Of a stretch of DNA of 64,000 bases, positions 58,304-64,000 are shown piece by piece. The translations under genes and the position numbers were made by a program. The DNA lies in assembly GCA_905178155.1 (NCBI GenBank), contig CAJINV010000001.1:13491712-13555711 (forward strand), read 5' to 3'. How positions within the stretch are numbered: position 1 is the first letter of the stretch; the number at the start of each line of letters is the position of its first letter. This stretch comes from Amoebophrya sp. A120. Taxonomy: Eukaryota > Protista > Dinoflagellata. The notes under the pieces are model-generated. The model made no database searches and had not been told where the DNA came from. It saw only the letters and a list, made by a program, of their open reading frames with translations.

Positions 58304-58652
58304 TACCACAGTCCCTGGAGCTACAAACTACCGCCACACACTGTGGACACACATTGGGACTGCGGAGCCTGCATAGGGGGAGGACGGCTAAGCCTTACCA
58401 AGAGAAAAACCCGCAGCAACGGTGCTGCGACGGTAAATCTCCCTGCTGCCCTTTTCTGAAGGTGTAGCTGCACTTGCAGCCAGCTTCAGAAACAACAAGT
58501 AGCCCAGCAAGGGCAGAACGAACTGAACAACGGCCAGGCACCGGCCTGGCACTTCCTCACGGTGGCCCGTTTGGGCCTATCTCCACGCCGGTCGGCATAA
58601 TAAAACTGCGGGCTCGTCCCTCGCCGCTTCGTTGTATATTAATATACTAGAA

Positions 58653-61600
58653 TCCAAAAGCCACAGAACACAAGGTAGGTGGGGATCGCGACGACGTCGC
58701 GATCAGCATCTTCTTCTTTTTCTCATTTCCTTACTCCTGTTCCAAAGATTCTGCACACGGAAATCACAAATGTCGTCTTCGCATTGCAAACAGCATGAGA
58801 GCCTCCCACAGAGGGCCCAAACACCCTCGACACCCACGAAAGCATTGCAACACAAGCGACCAAAACAGGCCAAAACCCTCAAAAAGCCTCTGAATCCTCT
58901 CAACACCTCCAGAGCTCTCCAACCACTGCAACGCCAGCGACCAGTGTGGTCCGAATGCGATCGAACAGCCGCGCAGCACCACCAGAATACTCGGACTCCC
59001 CCTCGAATTTTGCAAAACGCGCTGTCGTTTTCGGAATTCGACCAATAGCTGCCCGCGGATGTGAGAAACTCCGTGTTGAGCCCGCTGATTCCACCAACTC
59101 CTCCGCACTGTCCCGGGAATGATCAGGCCCCGCAGCGCAGCGCAGACTGAAGTCCTTTCTGCAAATCTTCGCTTCACCGCTCTGGTGACAAAAACCGCCC
59201 TTCTGTACGGATGCACGCCGCACTGCTTTCTTCGTTTTGTGAAACCATCAGACTGCGGATGCACGCCGCGACGCCTTCTTGTAGAAACTTGTACTGCGGA
59301 TTCGCGCCGCCAAGAAAGAAACCGTCACTGTCCACTCGTGCCCGTTAGTTCCAAAATCGTCAAAAATGCGGATGAGACTGCTTCGCAGAGGAAGTTGAAG
59401 TTGTTCCGACTGAAACCGTAGATCGTTGTAGAAGATGTCATGTCGCAAACCGAAATAAAGCCCGACTGTTTTGTAGTGCTGCCGGTAAAGAAAGGCAGAA
59501 AGTCCGGAAATTAAATTTGTAATGCTGTTTCTCACGTTTGTATTGCTGAAGTTGAAGATGAAGATTGTCGATTTTTCTTTTCCCGAATACCCTGCCACGG
59601 CTAGTACGGATATGCCTCCGCATCTGCAGCCGCCTGCGCATCCTCGTACGCCCGCAGAGATCCGTTGGTGGAGACGCAACTTTTCTCACTCCCGTCCGAA
59701 GTAGTGCTTCTCGCACTGGAGCAGCCCTGCCCGAACACTGCGTTGCAACTCGCACCAGAGGCGTGCTTTGCTGCGCCCTGGTTCAGCAACGCCTCGACCC
59801 GCTGCCGCAGCATCGGATCCTGCAGTGGCCGACCGCCAACGAAGATCGTAGCGCCCGTCTTTTCCGTGGGGGTTGGAACAGCACCAAAACCACCAAAAAA
59901 ATGAAATCCCGGCTGCTGGTTGTTCGGCATCTGTCTGCACATGCTCGGATGGATCAGATTGTTTGTCGGGGGCAACTGCGGCGCATTCTCCGGTCCTTGC
60001 TGGTTTCCCGGGATCTGCGTCAGACTGTTGTAACCCGCAGGCCCGCCCGGAATGCCCTGGACTGCGTGGTTCTGCTGGCCCCACTGTCGCTGCAGGGAGG
60101 GAGGAACACTCGGCCCCTGCCGGAGCAAGTTGCTGTAGTCCTGCTGCGCGTTCCGCTGCGCAACAGGCACAATTCCCGGACCCGCGGCCACGGAAGCGCT
60201 CACCGCACAAAAATTGCTTTGCTGCTGTCCGCACTGCAACGTCGGCCCCGTCGGCATCTGCATGAATGCTTGCTGGTGATTCGCTCCCCCGGTCCCGAAG
60301 CTCTGCATACTCGGCTCGCCCGGTACCGGAAAGCTGTTGATCGTCTGCTGCTCCCCCGGAGCGTAGTTGTACTGCCGCTGATGCTGATGATGCTGCTGTT
60401 GCGGTTGCTGACCTGTCGCAGCCCGCGCACGCTCATCACACCGCTTACAAGTTTTCCGCGACTTGTAGTTGTGGTAGTTGCAGGTGGGGCACTTCCAGTC
60501 CCCTTTCGCGTTTCCGCCCGTGTTTGGCGCTCCCCCTTGCGGCCCGCCGGTGTTCGCGCCCGGTCCGCCGCTCAGCTCTATCACCCGCTTGCGCAGTTCG
60601 GCCTTCTCGTAGCAAATCGTCAGTCCCCGCTCCGCAATTGCTTTCTTCGCCTCCTCCGATTCGCCGAAATTGTGCTTGGGCCCGTGGTAGCAACCGTCCG
60701 TGTTGTAGTGCGACTTTCCGCACCAGCCGCAGTGTGGCGTCATCTCCTGACGCCGTCCCGCCTCCTGCGTGTTCCGGTCGTTTCCCTGCTGCGCGCCGGC
60801 GTAGGCGTAAACGTCATCCCGTGGCCCCACTTCCAGGAACTTGTTGAATTTGTCCACCATCTCGTCCTGTTCCTTGACGCTTTTCGGCTCCTCCAGCATC
60901 TTTGTCGCGTAGGAGTCCAAGGTGTCCAAATACATCCCGAAAGATGTGTCGTCGCCCGTGTGGTGCGAAAGCCACCCCCGCGCCTGCGGCCCGGCCCAGT
61001 TTCCCACCATGCGGAAGAAACGATGGGTCTCCCCGGCGGAGTTCTTGGAGTCCTCCAGCGACCAGAGGATTGCGCCGCGCTTCGTCGCCGAGCGCACCAA
61101 GTTCCGCACCTTCTCTGTGACGTAGTGCACCGCCGCCGGGTTCTCGATCCAGCGGCCGCCAACCTTCTCCAGCAAACCCTCGCAAAGGTAGTCAAGGTCT
61201 GCTGCGCCCCGTGCCACGTTGATGTTAAACTTTTTGTTGATGCGGGCAAGCAGCGTGTCGATGCAGGCCTGGGCCTCCGCGCTAGTCGCGGAGGGCATCT
61301 CCTCATCGATCCCCGCCCACATCTCTTGCCCCAATCCGCACAAAATGCCGGAAAGCTGCGCCCAGAAGGTCTTGGCCCGCGTAACGCCCTTGCGCCCCAT
61401 CAGTTTCTCGATGGCGCGCCACTCGCTTGTAACCGCTGACCGCTTGGACAGCGAAAACTTGACCCCCGTGCTGACGCCCGCGTGGATCTTCTCCACCTCC
61501 GGCGAGGCTGGTGCCTGCGCCGTCACTCCGGTCATTGCGATTGGCTGCTGCTGCGGCGACATAGACTGGAAGCTGTACTGCCCACTGTTTCCCGGTACCG

Positions 61601-62415
61601 CCGTCCCCACCAGCGCCTGCTCGCCGACACCGGGTGGCGGGTACGCAAACGAAGGTCCCGCGGTTGCCCCGTGCGGCGCCGTAGTAGCACTACCAGCGGC
61701 CGCGCCGCCTGCTACTCGTCGCTGAAGCTCCGCATTCTCCGCTCGTAGCTGGTTATTAGCCCCCTCCAGCGCGGCCAAACGCGCCTCGATGCCTCCCACC
61801 GCGTTCTCCGTCGCCACCTGCGTGTGGTGAATTCCCGAAGCCACGGATCGGAAACCCCGGCCCGCCGCGTCGCGCATGTTCAGCGCCTCCGAACGCAGAA
61901 GGTACTCCCCCGCAGCCTGGTCCGCCATCGTGCTCCGCTGTGGCGACCAGCTTACTGCACGCTGCTCCGCCGCCGGGCTCTCCAGCAGCTCGTCGCCGTA
62001 GTTGCTGAAACTCATCGCAGCGAAGGATCAGCAGGGTGGGTGGGCGAAGCCACCCGCGTTTGGGCTCATAACTCCAAAAGCCACAGAACACAAGGTAGGT
62101 GGGGATCGCGACGACGTCGCGATCAGCATCTTCTTCTTTTTCTCATTTCCTTACTCCTGTTCCAAAGATTCTGCACACGGAAATCACAAATGTCGTCTTC
62201 GCATTGCAAACAGCATGAGAGCCTCCCACAGAGGGCCCAAACACCCTCGACACCCACGAAAGCATTGCAACACAAGCGACCAAAACAGGCCAAAACCCTC
62301 AAAAAGCCTCTGAATCCTCTCAACACCTCCAGAGCTCTCCAACCACTGCAACGCCAGCGACCAGTGTGGTCCGAATGCGATCGAACAGCCGCGCAGCACC
62401 ACCAGAATACTCGGA
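58653..62415 (-). mobile_element. Gag-only (non-autonomous) LTR retroelement: 5' LTR 62415-62073, PBS 62072-62062, gag-like ORF, PPT 59004-58996, 3' LTR 58995-58653
   Basis: Apparently identical 343-bp direct repeats. GTTATGAGCCC abuts the 5' LTR and GAGGGGGAG abuts the 3' LTR. No RT, integrase or RNase H ORF. Confidence 0.88.
59601..62015 (-). CDS. Gag-like protein, 804 aa, with a coiled coil, a CCHC-type knuckle, a RanBP2-type zinc finger and a Q/G/P-rich tail
   Basis: CGWCGKSHYNTDGC and GDWKCPTCNYHNYKSRKTCKRC; the ORF starts 47 nt after the PBS. Confidence 0.8.
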   Translation of the reverse strand: MSFSNYGDELLESPAAEQRAVSWSPQRSTMADQAAGEYLLRSEALNMRDAAGRGFRSVASGIHHTQVATENAVGGIEARLAALEGANNQLRAENAELQRRVAGGAAAGSATTAPHGATAGPSFAYPPPGVGEQALVGTAVPGNSGQYSFQSMSPQQQPIAMTGVTAQAPASPEVEKIHAGVSTGVKFSLSKRSAVTSEWRAIEKLMGRKGVTRAKTFWAQLSGILCGLGQEMWAGIDEEMPSATSAEAQACIDTLLARINKKFNINVARGAADLDYLCEGLLEKVGGRWIENPAAVHYVTEKVRNLVRSATKRGAILWSLEDSKNSAGETHRFFRMVGNWAGPQARGWLSHHTGDDTSFGMYLDTLDSYATKMLEEPKSVKEQDEMVDKFNKFLEVGPRDDVYAYAGAQQGNDRNTQEAGRRQEMTPHCGWCGKSHYNTDGCYHGPKHNFGESEEAKKAIAERGLTICYEKAELRKRVIELSGGPGANTGGPQGGAPNTGGNAKGDWKCPTCNYHNYKSRKTCKRCDERARAATGQQPQQQHHQHQRQYNYAPGEQQTINSFPVPGEPSMQSFGTGGANHQQAFMQMPTGPTLQCGQQQSNFCAVSASVAAGPGIVPVAQRNAQQDYSNLLRQGPSVPPSLQRQWGQQNHAVQGIPGGPAGYNSLTQIPGNQQGPENAPQLPPTNNLIHPSMCRQMPNNQQPGFHFFGGFGAVPTPTEKTGATIFVGGRPLQDPMLRQRVEALLNQGAAKHASGASCNAVFGQGCSSARSTTSDGSEKSCVSTNGSLRAYEDAQAAADAEAYPY

Positions 62416-64000
62416 CTCCCCCTCGAATTTTGCAAAACGCGCTGTCGTTTTCGGAATTCGACCAATAGCTGCCCGCGGATGTGAGAAACTCCGTGTTGAG
62501 CCCGCTGATTCCACCAACTCCTCCGCACTGTCCCGGGAATGATCAGGCCCCGCAGCGCAGCGCAGACTGAAGTCCTTTCTGCAAATCTTCGCTTCACCGC
62601 TCTGGTGACAAAAACCGCCCTTCTGTACGGATGCACGCCGCACTGCTTTCTTCGTTTTGTGAAACCATCAGACTGCGGATGCACGCCGCGACGCCTTCTT
62701 GTAGAAACTTGTACTGCGGATTCGCGCCGCCAAGAAAGAAACCGTCACTGTCCACTCGTGCCCGTTAGTTCCAAAATCGTCAAAAATGCGGATGAGACTG
62801 CTTCGCAGAGGAAGTTGAAGTTGTTCCGACTGAAACCGTAGATCGTTGTAGAAGATGTCATGTCGCAAACCGAAATAAAGCCCGACTGTTTTGTAGTGCT
62901 GCCGGTAAAGAAAGGCAGAAAGTCCGGAAATTAAATTTGTAATGCTGTTTCTCACGTTTGTATTGCTGAAGTTGAAGATGAAGATTGTCGATTTTTCTTT
63001 TCCCGAATACCCTGCCACGGCTAGTACGGATATGCCTCCGCATCTGCAGCCGCCTGCGCATCCTCGTACGCCCGCAGAGATCCGTTGGTGGAGACGCAAC
63101 TTTTCTCACTCCCGTCCGAAGTAGTGCTTCTCGCACTGGAGCAGCCCTGCCCGAACACTGCGTTGCAACTCGCACCAGAGGCGTGCTTTGCTGCGCCCTG
63201 GTTCAGCAACGCCTCGACCCGCTGCCGCAGCATCGGATCCTGCAGTGGCCGACCGCCAACGAAGATCGTAGCGCCCGTCTTTTCCGTGGGGGTTGGAACA
63301 GCACCAAAACCACCAAAAAAATGAAATCCCGGCTGCTGGTTGTTCGGCATCTGTCTGCACATGCTCGGATGGATCAGATTGTTTGTCGGGGGCAACTGCG
63401 GCGCATTCTCCGGTCCTTGCTGGTTTCCCGGGATCTGCGTCAGACTGTTGTAACCCGCAGGCCCGCCCGGAATGCCCTGGACTGCGTGGTTCTGCTGGCC
63501 CCACTGTCGCTGCAGGGAGGGAGGAACACTCGGCCCCTGCCGGAGCAAGTTGCTGTAGTCCTGCTGCGCGTTCCGCTGCGCAACAGGCACAATTCCCGGA
63601 CCCGCGGCCACGGAAGCGCTCACCGCACAAAAATTGCTTTGCTGCTGTCCGCACTGCAACGTCGGCCCCGTCGGCATCTGCATGAATGCTTGCTGGTGAT
63701 TCGCTCCCCCGGTCCCGAAGCTCTGCATACTCGGCTCGCCCGGTACCGGAAAGCTGTTGATCGTCTGCTGCTCCCCCGGAGCGTAGTTGTACTGCCGCTG
63801 ATGCTGATGATGCTGCTGTTGCGGTTGCTGACCTGTCGCAGCCCGCGCACGCTCATCACACCGCTTACAAGTTTTCCGCGACTTGTAGTTGTGGTAGTTG
63901 CAGGTGGGGCACTTCCAGTCCCCTTTCGCGTTTCCGCCCGTGTTTGGCGCTCCCCCTTGCGGCCCGCCGGTGTTCGCGCCCGGTCCGCCGCTCAGCTCTA
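62073..64000 (-). mobile_element. Second tandem copy of the gag-only element, sharing LTR 62073-62415 and running off the window (gag 3' part 63021-64000)
   Basis: The sequence repeats 58653-60580 at an offset of 3420 bp, including the PPT at 62416-62424. Confidence 0.9.

Noticed and set aside
59005-59880. pol remnants (KTGAT as a protease DTGA; QSDGFTK as an RNase H end)
   Set aside because: The motifs are too short and lack the catalytic Asp or surrounding context; they cannot be supported without a profile search.

Overview
This is eukaryotic, intron-containing DNA from a dinoflagellate-lineage organism. The dinoflagellate spliced leader is present, and the compact one-strand gene layout plus TIR-bearing non-canonical introns fit the parasite Amoebophrya; the genus is an inference. 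Every credible gene is on the minus strand. Recognisable genes are the spliceosomal helicase Brr2 (10 exons), U1C, a TET/JBP-type 2OG-Fe(II) dioxygenase, a DUF4386-like gene directly behind a genomic spliced-leader copy, a DUF1330 protein, a 1729-aa Cys-rich type I membrane protein, a small EGF-TM protein, and a low-complexity protein fused to a giant-virus-like domain. Six introns are MITE-like insertions (TAT...ATA terminal inverted repeats, 5-bp target duplication) whose exact removal restores the reading frame without a GT-AG pair. The right end holds a tandem gag-only LTR element with a copia-type half-tRNA-Met PBS, a PPT and unusual TCC...GGA LTR termini. Exon models were read by hand from sequence and frame arithmetic, with no transcript data.
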